Made by a program: the position numbers and the translations under genes. 64,000 nucleotides of DNA from Eledone cirrhosa. Taxonomy: Eukaryota. Below are positions 51,731 through 64,000 of this stretch, in pieces. Within the stretch, counting starts at the first letter, position 1; the number at the start of each line of letters is the position of its first letter. Location of the stretch: positions 389,980,001 to 390,044,000 of the forward strand of contig OZ024740.1 of assembly GCA_964016885.1 (NCBI GenBank), in the 5' to 3' direction. The notes below the pieces were generated by a model that ran no database searches, was not told where the DNA came from, and worked only from the letters and a program-made list of their open reading frames with translations.

Positions 51731-52919
51731 TGATAGGGGTTGGGGTCCATATCATACCACTGCAAAGTGGTCGTGGAGGTGCCACGGCAAAAAAGCACCC
51801 AGCACTCACTGTAAATGAGGTTGGTGTTAGGAAGGGCATCCAGCTGTAGAAATCAAGCCAGAATCAGTTCCCATCCCACCCTTGCAAGCAGGGAAAAAGC
51901 AGACGTAAAATGAAATGAAAATGAAATGAAAATGAAATAAATGTATCTCATCTGTATATTTCAATTTCACTTTGATTTGATTAGAGCACATAATCTCTTA
52001 ATTGAAAGTCATGACACCTCTTCCATTTTAGTTAGGTCATTTTAAAAGGAACTAATTGTAATTTAGGGTAACTTTCAGACCTTGAGGAAACTGGTAATGC
52101 GCTGTGCCAATAGCTGTAAGAGTTCCCAAAAGTGTGTTCAGTGCTTGGCTTTCATCTAAAAACGAGGAAGAGAGGGACAAAGTGCTTTAGCTGCAAGTTA
52201 GTAAAATATTTCTAGTTAAGTTTTTAAGAGTTCGATTATTGAATTTATTGTTCAAACTAGTATTGAATCGTGATTCATTATCATCATTGTTTTTATGTCT
52301 GTTTTTCCATGCTTGCATAGGTTAAACGGGTCCTTCTCAGCATGGCATCTCTCCACTTGTGTTCCTTTGCCAGTCTTAGCAAATGGAGGTCAGCTCTCAC
52401 CACCTCTGCCCAGGTCTTTGGTTATCCTCTACTGCGGCTTCCTTCCACTGGAATTTCCTGGCATTTCTTCACCCATCACATATACATACCAACACAGTCT
52501 TCTCTCTTGCACACTACTTCAGATTCTTCTTAAACTCAACTTCTCCCTCAGCTCGCCCAAGCTCTGCCTTTCTCTCACACTTACATTGCACATCCAGTGA
52601 AGCATGATTGCTTCATTTCTCTCCATTCTACATGTCCTCTGCAGTCACAGCTCGTGTTTCACTACCATGCAGCATCACAATCTGCATGCAAGCATCATAC
52701 AGCCACTCTTTTGTATGTAAAAAGAAACCTTTTGTTGTCGGCAGTGGGAGTAGTTCTCTAACTTCTTCCATCCTATCCTTATTCTAGCTATTATACTCTC
52801 GAAGCACCCTCCTCTACTATTAAGTCACCTAGATAGCAGAAGCCATCAACCACATCTATGGATCCTTCTTGTGATTGGAAAAGGTTTATTTATACATAAA
52901 CAAAGCAAAATGTCGTAAA

Positions 52920-55900
52920 ATATGGAGTTCTGTAACCAGGCACTGGAAAAAGGAGTTGCCCCGAATCAGTGGAGGATCGGTAACATCATCCCAGTGCCAA
53001 AGAAGGGAGATCTCTCTAACACAAACAACTATAGGGGTATCTCACTGACGTCACTTGTGGAAAAGACCCTCAAGAGGATGATTCTTAACAGGATCCAGCC
53101 TGAAATGGAGCTTGGGGACAACCAGAAAGCCTTCAGAGAGAGATCAATCACCAGTCACATCCTGATGCTGAGGAGGATATTAAAGGGAGCTAGAGCAAAG
53201 AGCCTTCCTGCTGTCATGGTTTTCATTGACTTTAGGAAGGCCTTTGATTCTATGGACCGTCACTGCCTGATGATCTTACAGGCTTATAGAATTCCCAAAA
53301 AGATAGTAGACCTGATATCACTGCTCTACACCAACACCAAAACCCAAGTCATTACACCTGATGGGATGATGGAATTCTCTGAGATACTGGCTGGAGTGCT
53401 CCAAGGAGATACATTGGCTCCCTACCTTTTTATCATTGCAGTGGACTATTGTATGCGCCTTGCGCTGGAGAAATACCAGAACTCTGGCTTTACTGTAGCA
53501 CTGGCTCCAGGCGGGAAAGTTAAGGCAAAAAAGATATCAGATGCTGAATTTGCTGATGACATAGTTCATCATCATCACCGTTTTACGTACGTTCTTCCAC
53601 GCTAGCATGGGTTAGACGGGTTGTCCTGTTGTGGGTAGTGTCTGGTCGACTGACCATGCCTTGCTCATACAGGAACTGATTTGGCTTGATTTCTACAGCT
53701 GGATGCCTTTCCTAACACCAACCTCATTTACAGTGAGTGCTGGGTGCTTTTTCGTGGCACCTACACGTCCACTTTACAGTGTGGGCTGGGTGCTTTTTTG
53801 CCGTGGCACCTCCACGACCACCTTGCAGTGGGGTGTGGGGGCATATTGTCTATATGCTTCAGCTTGTACTCATGGGAGGGCGGGTACCCTATTACTGCGT
53901 GACGCCAGAGGTCACGGTCGTGTGTCATCGCCTTTGAGAGGTGTAATTGGGTAAGGTCGGCTTTTATCACCTCATCCCAGGTCTTCTTGGGTCTCCCCAC
54001 TCCGCGGTTTCCATTGACTTCTAGTGCTCTGCACCTTTTTATGCAGCTGTCATCCTTCATACGCATCACATGTCCATACCAACGCAACCGCCTCTCCTCC
54101 ACACAGCATTTGACTCCTCTTATGCTCAGTCTCTCTCTCAATTCATTTATGCTTTGTCGTTCGCTTTGTATTACACATCCATCGGAGCATGCAGGCTTCG
54201 TTTCTCTCTAATCTACGTAAGTCTTCCACCTTCACCGCCCAGGTCTCACTACCATGCAACATTGCTGTTCGGATACACGCATCATACAGTCTGCCTTTCA
54301 TTTTGAGGGAGAAGCCTTTTGCAGCTAGCAGTGGCAGTAGTTCCCTGAACTTCTTCCATCCCGTTCTTACCTAGTTATTGTACTTTCTGAACACCCACCT
54401 CCGCTGCTAATTCGGTCACCTAGGTAGCAAAAGCTGTCTACTGTCTCTACAGAGCTCTCCCAGAGATTGGTGGTACTTGTTTCCTGTGGCTGTTTGCTGC
54501 TTGCTGTCCCATTGTTTGCATTTGGGGCAGAGAATGGAGTTCCTACCTACACCTTTCCTACATACTGAGCAAGTCCATTTCCCTGAGGGGATCTGGGTTC
54601 TGTTTTCTTGTCTACTTACAAGGACCTTAGTCTTTGTCATGTTGACTTTGAGACCCTTTCTTTCTAGTCCCTGCTTCCAAGTTTGGAATTTCTTCTCTAG
54701 TTCTACCATGGATTCAGCTATAAGTGCGAGGTCATCAGCATACAGGAGTTCCCATGGGCATCCGCTCTTAAACTCCTCCGTTATTGCCTGCAGGACTATG
54801 ATGAACAGGAGAGGGCTAAGAACAGAGCCCTGGTGGACACCAACCTGTACACTAAATTCCTCGCTGTACTCATTGCTAATCCTAACTTTGCTGACTGCTC
54901 CTCTATACATGGCTTGTACAGCTTTCACAAGCCATTCATCTACTCCTAGTTTTCTAAGAGCCCACCAGATTACAGCACGTGGAACTCTGTCAAAGGCTTT
55001 CTCGAGATCGACGAATGCCAGGTACAGTGGCTTACTTTTAGCTAGGTACTTTTCCTGTAACTGCCTCACAAGGAAGAAGGCATCAGTGGTGCCTCTTCCT
55101 GGTACAAACCCAAATTGCATCTCATCTAGTTTCACCCGGTCCCTAATCAACTGTGCTATAACTCTTTCTGTTACTTTCATGACCTTGTCCATCAGCTTTA
55201 TACCTCTATAGTTTCCTCTATCGAGTGCATCACCTTTACCTTTGTAGCAGTTGACAATGATGCTACTGCACCAATCTTTTGGTATGACACCTTCTAGTAT
55301 TACCTGGTTAACAATACATGTGGTTATAGTGTGACCTACAGACCCAGATGCCTTCAGCATTTCGGCAGCTATACCCGATGGACCGGTTGCCTTCCCCATC
55401 TTCATATCTTTGATTGCCTTACTTACTATGCTGCTGCTAACTTGTACTGCTGGCCCCTCTATAGGGTCTACTTGGGGTAGGGTCTCTTCTTCCCATGCAT
55501 TCTCCTCATTTAGTAATCTATCATAATGACTCTTCCATGCATCTTTCTTCTCTGCACTTGTGAGGGCAAACTCACCTTTATCATTCCGGATACACTTCTC
55601 TCCAATGACATCACAATTCTCTCTGACACACTGCCTCACTATCTTGAACACCTCCTGCTTCTGGTCCTCACGTTGCAAAACATGCTTGAATTTTCTATCC
55701 TCTGCTTCCTTCCTAGCTAAGTATACTTGTCGCCTAGCTTCCCTCTAGGTCTCTATGCAATGTACCCTGCTCCCCCCGTTCTTCCATTCTTTCCATGCCT
55801 TTCTCTTGGCCTTAACTGCCTTATTGTTCCACCACCAAGTCACTCTCCTCCTGCTTGTGGTCTTATTCCAGCCACAGACCTCATCCGTCGCCTCTAGTAA

Positions 55901-56870
55901 GTTATTTTTTAGGAACTCCCAGTGCTCTTCTACATTGAATGTCTCTATCTGTTCTTCTCTACTGTCGTAGGCGTTGAGTAAAATATCTTTAAATCTGTTA
56001 CTGGCTGAGGGGTCTTTCAGCTTCCAGATCTTTCTTCTCCAGGTTGGCCTCTGTTTCCAGGTTCGTCTAGTTCTGACCGTGAGGTCGCTGACAACTAAGC
56101 TATGTTGGGATGTACATTCCTCACTAGGGAAGGCTTTTGTTCTAGTGACAAACACAGTGAAGGAGGTATAGGAGTTGATGCAGGAAGTGGAGACTGTGTC
56201 GTTGAGTGTGGGGCTGAGAATGAATGAGATTAAGACGAAGTATCTGGTAGAGATCATTAAGAAGCCAGAGAAGATTATGAATGTAGGCGGGAAGCCGCTA
56301 GAGTTGGTTGAGGACTTCCTTATCTGGGAGCAAAGATTGGGAACACAGAGGATGATGTGGTTGAGAGGAAGAACAAAGCCTGTGTGGCACGCCACAGTTT
56401 GAGATTGGTGTGGAAGTCAGACCTTCGTAAAGACCTGAAGATCCGTGTCTTTGTTGCTACAGGAGAGTCTGTGCTACTGTACGGGTTGAGACTTGGACAC
56501 TGACCAAGAAAAACTTACTCAGATGGTGGATGGGTGTTTCACGAGAATGCTGAGGATGGCTCTGAACAGTATACACTGAGGATGAAGAACTGAGCTGTAC
56601 GGGAGCCTCCCAAAAGTCAGCTCAAAAGTAACACAGAAGAGACTGAGGTTAACTGGACATGCAGACCGACATTGAGTTAACACTGCACTCAGTGCTCCTG
56701 TGGGAGCCCCTACACAGACACACTAGAAGGAGACCAATGTTGACATGTTGATGCCCTAAAGACAGATACAAATCTCTTGGAGATGCAGGACATGGCGGCG
56801 ATGATGAAGGACAGAGACCGCTGGAGAGAACTTGTCCATGGATTTCGGGAATTTTACCCGCCCTAGATAG
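52920..56870 (+). mobile_element. Older LINE (RT), split by a nested RTE
   Basis: PVPKKGDLSNTNNYRGISL, FIDFRKAFDS, GVLQGDTLAPYLF, FADDIV | LVTNTVKEV..GLRMNEIKTKY resumes at 56139. Confidence 0.9.
53568..56138 (-). mobile_element. 5'-truncated RTE LINE nested in the older LINE
   Basis: 420-aa RT ORF 54416-55678 (YRGIKL, GVHQGSVLSPLLF, YADD); (GAT)n tail; GTTC at both junctions. Confidence 0.95.
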
Positions 56871-57162
56871 AAAGAATAAAATAGTCAATGACTAATGTCG
56901 AAATTGGATTTTGTTAAGGTTTGCATGTCCCCCCCCCCCCTCCCCCCTTCTATCAAAGAGATAGGTTATCTATCTCATTATCTATCTTACTGTTTCTTCC
57001 TATCATTCTGTTTTCAATGAAGGCTGCTTTATATGTTAATAAACATTTTAGAAAAATATGGTATTGTAGAAATCTGCCTAAAAATGTTTTATTAAAAGAA
57101 TATTAGTCTTGTTTGATTTTAATACAACTTATTCTAATATTTTTTTTCAGATTATTTAAAAT

Positions 57163-57373
57163 ATGCCTGCTCGAATGTTTGATAACCCTTCTGTAGGGGA
57201 AGGTACTAAAAATGGCCCAGTTAATGAAATCCCTGAATTTTACTGCTCCGATGAAGTTATTATTTCTGGTATATCTGGACGCCTTCCAGAATCCAGCAAC
57301 ATTGCAGAATTCCGAGAAAATCTCATCAATGATATTGATATGATCACAGAGGATGACAGACGATGGAAACCGG
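57163..57373 (+). CDS. FASN: Fatty acid synthase, first coding exon (KS domain start)
   Basis: [38 protein letters not shown]; acceptor TTTTCAG at 57150; phase-1 GT donor at 57374. Confidence 0.93.
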
Positions 57374-57949
57374 GTAAATAGTGTTATAAATTTTCTTCCA
57401 TAGCTGCTGTGAATAAAACATCATGAGGCAGAAGCATAGACTGACTTCTGCAGGATATAAAGAGGAGGAATGTTTTCCTCAAAGCAAGTGTAAATCTTAA
57501 TCATCCCACAACATTCTATAGTTTAAAAGGGATTATGTATTTTCTGTTTCTGTAATAGCTCTAAAAGAAATAAAAAATGCAAAACAGGATTTCACCTCAG
57601 CACTACAAACTGAGACAGTTACCAATTATACTTACATCATTGTTCTTCACAACAGAAACAATAAGGATTTGATATGAACAATGATCTTCTGTCAGTAGAT
57701 AGAATCTGTATTGATGTAGCAATCTATGAGTGTTTAATTATAAACCATATGTATATGTTGGTTTTTGTATAATCTGTCATTTCGTTTGTTTTGATTAATT
57801 ATGGAGAGTAACTGATTAGCAAGTTGGGAATTTCTCAGAAAATCTAGTCCATTACAAACTGCAGTTTCATATGTATGCCTAGACATGTAAAGACCCACAT
57901 ATTATGCAAAGATTAAAAAAAATTCTCGTGTTTTACTGTATTTTGCTAG

Positions 57950-58102
57950 GTCTGTATGACTTACCAAAGCGCAGCGGAAAGCTAAAAGACCTGGATAAAT
58001 TTGATGCCTCCTTCTTTGGTATTCCACCGAAACAAGCTGATGCTATGGAACCTCAGTTGCGAATGCTTTTAGAAGTTTCCTATGAATCTCTTATAGATGC
58101 TG
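57950..58102 (+). CDS. FASN: FASN coding exon 2 (153 bp)
   Basis: [51 protein letters not shown]; AG/GTAAGT boundaries in phase. Confidence 0.95.
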
Positions 58103-58737
58103 GTAAGTGTTTGCTTAGTTTTTTTTTCCTAAAGTTCAAAACAACAGTAAAAATAATGTCTAAATATTTGTCGACTATGTATATAATTTCATCATCATTA
58201 TTTAATGTCCATTTTCCTTGCCAGCAAGGATTGGACAGGTCTTCACTGACCAAGTCAGAACTCATGGAGGGCTTCCCTCTCAGAGTGAAAGGTAGACTGT
58301 TGCCTGTATGTAAACTGAAATACTTTATGGCAGTGAGATATTGACTTTCACTGTATAAAATCTGGAAACAATAAAAAGATATGAAGTGAGTATGCTCTGG
58401 TGGATGTGTTGTGTAATGTAAGTGTTCATGAATTACATAGCATAAGTAAACAGAGAAAAACTCAGCATAAGAGGGAATCTGATGTAAAGTGCAAGAAAGC
58501 AGACTGCACTGGTATGGACATTTGCTACATTTGGAAGTTGATGTGGAAGACATGGGATAAAGTAGCAAAGGTTGATCCTAAGAAGCTAACCTCATATCAG
58601 AGATGATGATGAAGAAGGGCTATGAATATTGGTGACAGGCAGTACTGGAGAAGACCCAATCTGCCAGATCCCATCACACGTCATACACTCATGATTTCAT
58701 ACTTTCTATCCTTCTTATCCCTATTTTCACTCCTTAT

Positions 58738-59811
58738 CCCTTTAGTGTTCAAACCGCCCCAAACCGGCTGCAATTATTTCCCCTTCATTTGTTCAAACCG
58801 CTCGAAACTGGCCGATAATACCCACACTAAAATATTCTAAAAATAAACAATATCGTCATCAAAATCTCGTCAATTCAAGATTACTGCGAGATTAGGCCCT
58901 TACCGCGAAAATTAACACTTAATATAGTGAAACAACTTAAAACAACACGTTTTTTTTAATGTTGAAAGAACAGATTTTTTGTGTATCAACATGGCTTGTG
59001 AAAGCAGCGATACCGACTTCAAAGGTTTTATACAACGACATTCAGAATGAACAAGAAACAGAAGATAATATTAGTGATTTATCTTCAAATGAATCAGATG
59101 TTTACATTTCTGAAATTTCATCTGACGATGATTGTTGTTTTGAAAATGAAAACGGAGATCTCCAGGACGCCATTGAAAATATTACAGCAACGTGGTTGAG
59201 AAATATATGTTCCCGATTTTATTAAAAATACTGGTCCACAACACACATTAGCTCCCGATGCTAAAGCACTGGATTATTTCTTTTTGTTTTTACCACAAAC
59301 TTTCTTCGAAGTTGTGGCAGAAGAGATTAATCGATATATGCCCAATAACAGATTTCAAATCGAGGAAAACTCGATCTGTTTGCAACCGACAGATGCTGCG
59401 GAAATGCAAGCATTTTTTACCGTAAATATTATGTTTGGTATAAAACATTTCCAAGACTGGAATTACTGGAGCACTGATATAAGGTTTAGTGATCCTTATA
59501 TATCAAATATTATGCTGAAAACAACATTTAAAATTAAACCAGTATTTGCACCTGGTTGATACTTGAAATGCCCCTATTAACTAATTTCACCAGCCCATAA
59601 AAGTCAAATTTAACCAAAAAAAATCAGGTAAAATTATATAATTGTAAATTATTGATACTTAAACACCTACTGACAAAATTTCAAGCCTGAACATAGAAAA
59701 TTAAGAAAATTACAAACAAATAAAATTGATAACCCTCTTGAGTACGATTAACTGAAAATAATGTGAACAGATAAACATGACATTTGACAAATTAATGTGA
59801 ATGCTAAAGGG
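58738..59811 (+). mobile_element. Internally deleted piggyBac transposon in a FASN intron
   Basis: CCCTTTAG..CTAAAGGG|TTAA TIRs; acidic N-terminus and LDYFFLFLPQTFFEVVAEEINRY..EMQAFF..NYWSTD transposase remnant. Confidence 0.85.
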
Positions 59812-62506
59812 TTAAATACTGATGTCTTGGGATAAGGCATCTCCCACTATCTCTAAATAATAGGGCTTTTCAGTCGAGTCAATGACTGACAACCTCCGAG
59901 TGTTGGTGCAATGATAAAATGCACCCAACACACTCTAAATATTGTCGGTGCCACAACATAACACAGAAAGCGGTAGTACTGGTGTCTCGATATAAAGCAC
60001 TGTCCACGTTGTAAAGTGGCAGTATTGGTGTAGCGATAAAATGCACCTTGTACATGCAATGGTGTTGGCATTTGAAAGGGCCAGCAATAGAAACAATACT
60101 AGAATGGAATGTATGAGCAAGACATGATCATCTAACTTGTATAATCTCAGAATTTGATAACTAGTCCAATTTATGTCAGCATGGTAAATGCTTCTTCACC
60201 AGATCTGCTAAATCCTCATGAACATATTCCTCTCTGTCATTTATCCATGTACACAAAATTAAACGCATCACATTCATATACACATGCAAGCAGGGAAAAG
60301 CGGACGTAAAATGAAATGAAATGATGAATGCACACAACATAATAGATTGTTGAAAGAGGTTTTAACTTTACAAAACCACATTGCACGCTAGCCAACATAC
60401 ATACAATTAAAAATTAAAAAGTTTTTTGCATATTCAGATTTTAATTAAGATTTTAGAAGACTGTTTTCAAAATAACTTGCACACTAGATCACACTAACAT
60501 TTATAAATGTATCCTAGCAGAAGTTACCTCCCTTGGCCCCTTAAGGGTAAACATTACATAATTTCTATTGGTAACAATTCATTATAATTTTGCTTGAGTT
60601 TTGTACATTCGTAACGTGCGTTACGCCTTACTAACTTATATATACACACATCTACACGTAAAACATAAACAGATAAACAGATACACAGACAACAGAAGTG
60701 CAAACACACATCTACTCATACACATTATACAAAATAATTATTGCATACACACGTATCTATGTAATGATTGAGGATGGAAAGAGTTGGTGAAACACTATAG
60801 TGACGAGCGTTCCAAGATTAGCTACACTTGTGTGTATGTGTGTTTGCACATATATATTTATATACTCATACATATGCATATACACATTCACACACAATTG
60901 TAATGAATTAATTCTGTGTATGAGTACATAGAGGTGAGGAAATGAATGAAGAACAGAGGCATATGTTTTAGAGTAAGGTAGAGTAAGACAACAGAACAGA
61001 AGAGGAGAGATAATGTACAACTAGACGAACGTCTTTTAAATAGTCCCTCTTAATTTTTTCGTTCGTGGAATTTCCATGGATTCCACTAGCCTTTTTTAAA
61101 AGGTTTAAGTTTTTTAGATGATTAACTCACAACTCAAGTCACATGCACCTTACACAGATTAGCTTATAAATACTTGTGCATATTACACATACACACTCTT
61201 CTATCCCAAGAAATGCAGAACTCAAGAATTGATGCCCTTGTTTTCGAAAAGGGGCTCACTACTGTATTAAAACCAAATATAGTAGGCTAACGATTTTTTT
61301 TTTTGTAATTTTGTACTGGTGCCTAATATGGCTCCTCCGCTATACAGTGGTGGTCATAACTGGATCCTGAAACCTAAGGTCGTGCATACATGTTAAGTGT
61401 ATGAAATATTAGATGTACTAAATAAGCTCTCATGCAATAGATTGAGCAATGTTTTCCTTGACCTTTTATCTAAGGATATCCTGCATATATATATATGTTA
61501 CAGTTTACTTGAGAGGAGATTACGTTGGTATGGTTATGTGATGCGCATGAAAGACGACAGCTGTATAAAAAAGTGCAGGGTGATTAATATTGATGGAAGC
61601 TATGGAGTAGGCAGTCCCAGAAAAACCTGGGACGACATGATAAAATCTGACCTTGCATACTTACATCTCTAAGACAATCTCACTGGATCAAGATGTTTGG
61701 TGCTACGCAGTAATACAGAAAACCTGCCTTCCTTTACGTATGAAGTTAAACCTACAGTCAGTAATCAAATATACACCCAACCCACTACCCCTACTCCATT
61801 CTACCTCCACCCAAACCACCATTTCCTGTAAAGTTATGTTGGTATCACAGAACATCCAGTCCAAACTAAAGTGGTTGTGTAGGTGTCAACAAAAAGCACC
61901 CAACCCACACTGTAAAGTGGTCGTGTAGGAGACACGGTAAAAAGGTTCCCAGTCCACACTGAATGTGGTTGGTGTTAGGAAGGGCATCCAGCTGTAGAAA
62001 ACCTGCTAGATAATGTCCTATATGAGTGAGACATGGTCACCTGACCAATCTTGCCTCGAGTGGGACAATTCCCGTCTAACCCATGTTAGTGTGGAAGATA
62101 GACGTTAAATGATGATGATGACTTGCCTCTCCTGCACTGATGATGATTGTGTGTGCATGTACATGTGAGATGAGGCACATGCACACAAACATAGACATAG
62201 GTGTGTGTGTGTGTGTGTGTGGAGAAGGTGTGTAGGTGTGTATGTGTGGATGTATGCACATTCGTATGTGTGTTTGTGTATGAATGCCGTGTGTGTACAT
62301 ATTTTTTTACATGTACCCTAAGTGACGTTTTTTCACAGGGGACTTTAATGAAGTATCACTGGCAGTGAGTTTCTGAAGGTTGAAGAATGAAGTAAAACCA
62401 ACTTCAGAAAACTGAGTTCCAGTTTATGTATTTTATACAATATAGTATATGTATATAAATATATTTATGAATGTATATGTATGTGTATGTATATATGTTA
62501 TTTCAG

Positions 62507-62680
62507 GTATTGATCCATACTCAGTACGAGGTTCCCGAACTGGTGTATTTATTGGTGCCAGTGAATCAGAAGCTCATCAAGCTTGGTCTGCTGATGCTGA
62601 GACAACTGTTGGATACCACATGACTGGATGTGCTCGTTCAATGTTTGCAAATAGACTTTCTTTCTATTTTGATTTCAAAG
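62507..62680 (+). CDS. FASN: FASN coding exon 3 (174 bp); the gene continues beyond the window
   Basis: [46 protein letters not shown]; CAG/GT boundaries in phase. Confidence 0.95.
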
Positions 62681-62700
62681 GTAATAAATCTGTTAGAATG

Positions 62701-62731
<31 letters not shown>

Positions 62732-64000
62732 CCAAAATATTTCTTTCTTTGATTAGTTTCACACAAGCTTTCACAGTCCTTATGTAAGATTACTTAAAAT
62801 TCTATTTCTTAGATGCTTTGAAAGTTTACATTTTGGTTCTCAGTATAGAGTTCCATCTAACACTATTTTGCAAATAGAACGTGGTTACTTCCCAGATTTT
62901 GGGCTCTATTTCCATGTTTAAAACTTTTTCTTTAATTCTTCAGTTGTTTTGGCTATGAGAACTATATCATTGGCATACGAGATGCCACAGGCAGTCAGTC
63001 TTGAACTCTTCTGTTAAGGCTTGGATTACAATTACAAATAGTGTGTTGAGAACCATTCTCAGAAGAACCAATTGTTGATAGCTGTGCAAAATATCGACAA
63101 GGTTGCTATCACAAGTCATTCATCTACAACCAGTTTTCTTTGCCTTCACCAGACTATAGAGTATAGTTTACTGTCTCTTTCCTGGTAAAAAATTCTAGGT
63201 ATAATGATTACTTTTTGTTAGAAACTTCTGTAGTTATCTCACTAAAAGGAAAGTATCTGTAGTTCCTTCTCTTGGCCTAAACCATAATTGTATCTAATTT
63301 TAGCTAGAGAGGTAAGGAGATGGATAGGAGGGGATAGAGACTGTTAGTATAATGAATAATTTTGAATTATTTAATGTTTACGTTTGAAGGGCAGATTATA
63401 TGATGTTATATAACAGTGAGATGTGGTCTCTGAGTGCTGGAGATTTTTGCTGACTAAAGATTAAGGCGTGCATGTTCTGCTAGATGTGTAATGCTAGAAT
63501 ACATAAATGACAGCACTAATGAACAAAAATAAGTTGAATATGAGGAATCAAATGTAACATGCAAAAGAGATGATTGCACTGGTGTGGTCATGTAAAGCAT
63601 AAAGAGAGAGAGAGAGGTTGTATAAAAAAGTGTAAGTGCTTGAAGTAAAAGACTTGGGATGAAGTTGTAAAGAATGATCTCAAGAAACTGAACCTCATAA
63701 AGATGATGCAAGATCAAGTTGACTCATGATTTGCCAGTCTACAAAAGACCTACCCTGAATCTACAATGTGGAGAGGTTCTTTACTTAGCCAGCAGTGGAT
63801 GAGACTATCTTTGCCTCAAAGGAACATGCTGAGACAATATTAGTGCCATGTAATGTAGTTGGTGATCAAATGGAGCCTCTCTGTAAGTGTATAGAAGATT
63901 CTTTGGTCTGGTTGAGCATTTTACAACCTTATTAGTGCTGGTGGCATGGTAAAATGCTCCCACTACACTCTGTAAAGTGGTAGTGCTAGTGTCACAATAA

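Noticed and set aside
54477-55211. 244-aa plus-strand ORF
   Set aside because: Antisense shadow of the RTE RT ORF

Overview
AT-rich, repeat-dense invertebrate genomic DNA. The SINE, RTE and microsatellite content resembles a coleoid cephalopod such as Octopus (inference). The only host gene is the 5' end of a type I fatty acid synthase (FASN, + strand): three coding exons at 57163-57373, 57950-58102 and 62507-62680, probably preceded by a ~20 kb first intron and a promoter around 33-36 kb. The rest is mobile DNA: a young but inactivated full-length Gypsy LTR element (9237-15016), an IR-DR Tc1 transposon, RTE and CRE LINE fragments (one nested), Penelope-like element (PLE) remnants, tandem Helitrons, piggyBac derivatives, tRNA-SINEs and a 41-bp minisatellite. 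The most notable signal, found by manual folding, is a cluster of type I hammerhead ribozymes (HHR) at 21.8-26.2 kb and 44.8 kb. Two of them have greatly enlarged helices II/III and sit in ORF-free 665-nt and 538-nt units with terminal direct repeats (retrozyme/circRNA-like). Several palindromes are centred on the HHR helix II region, and a conserved bulged hairpin recurs in three contexts, twice just downstream of an HHR cleavage site. A 157-nt G-U-rich hairpin lies in the putative FASN 5' region. All folds and family calls are by eye; no searches were run.
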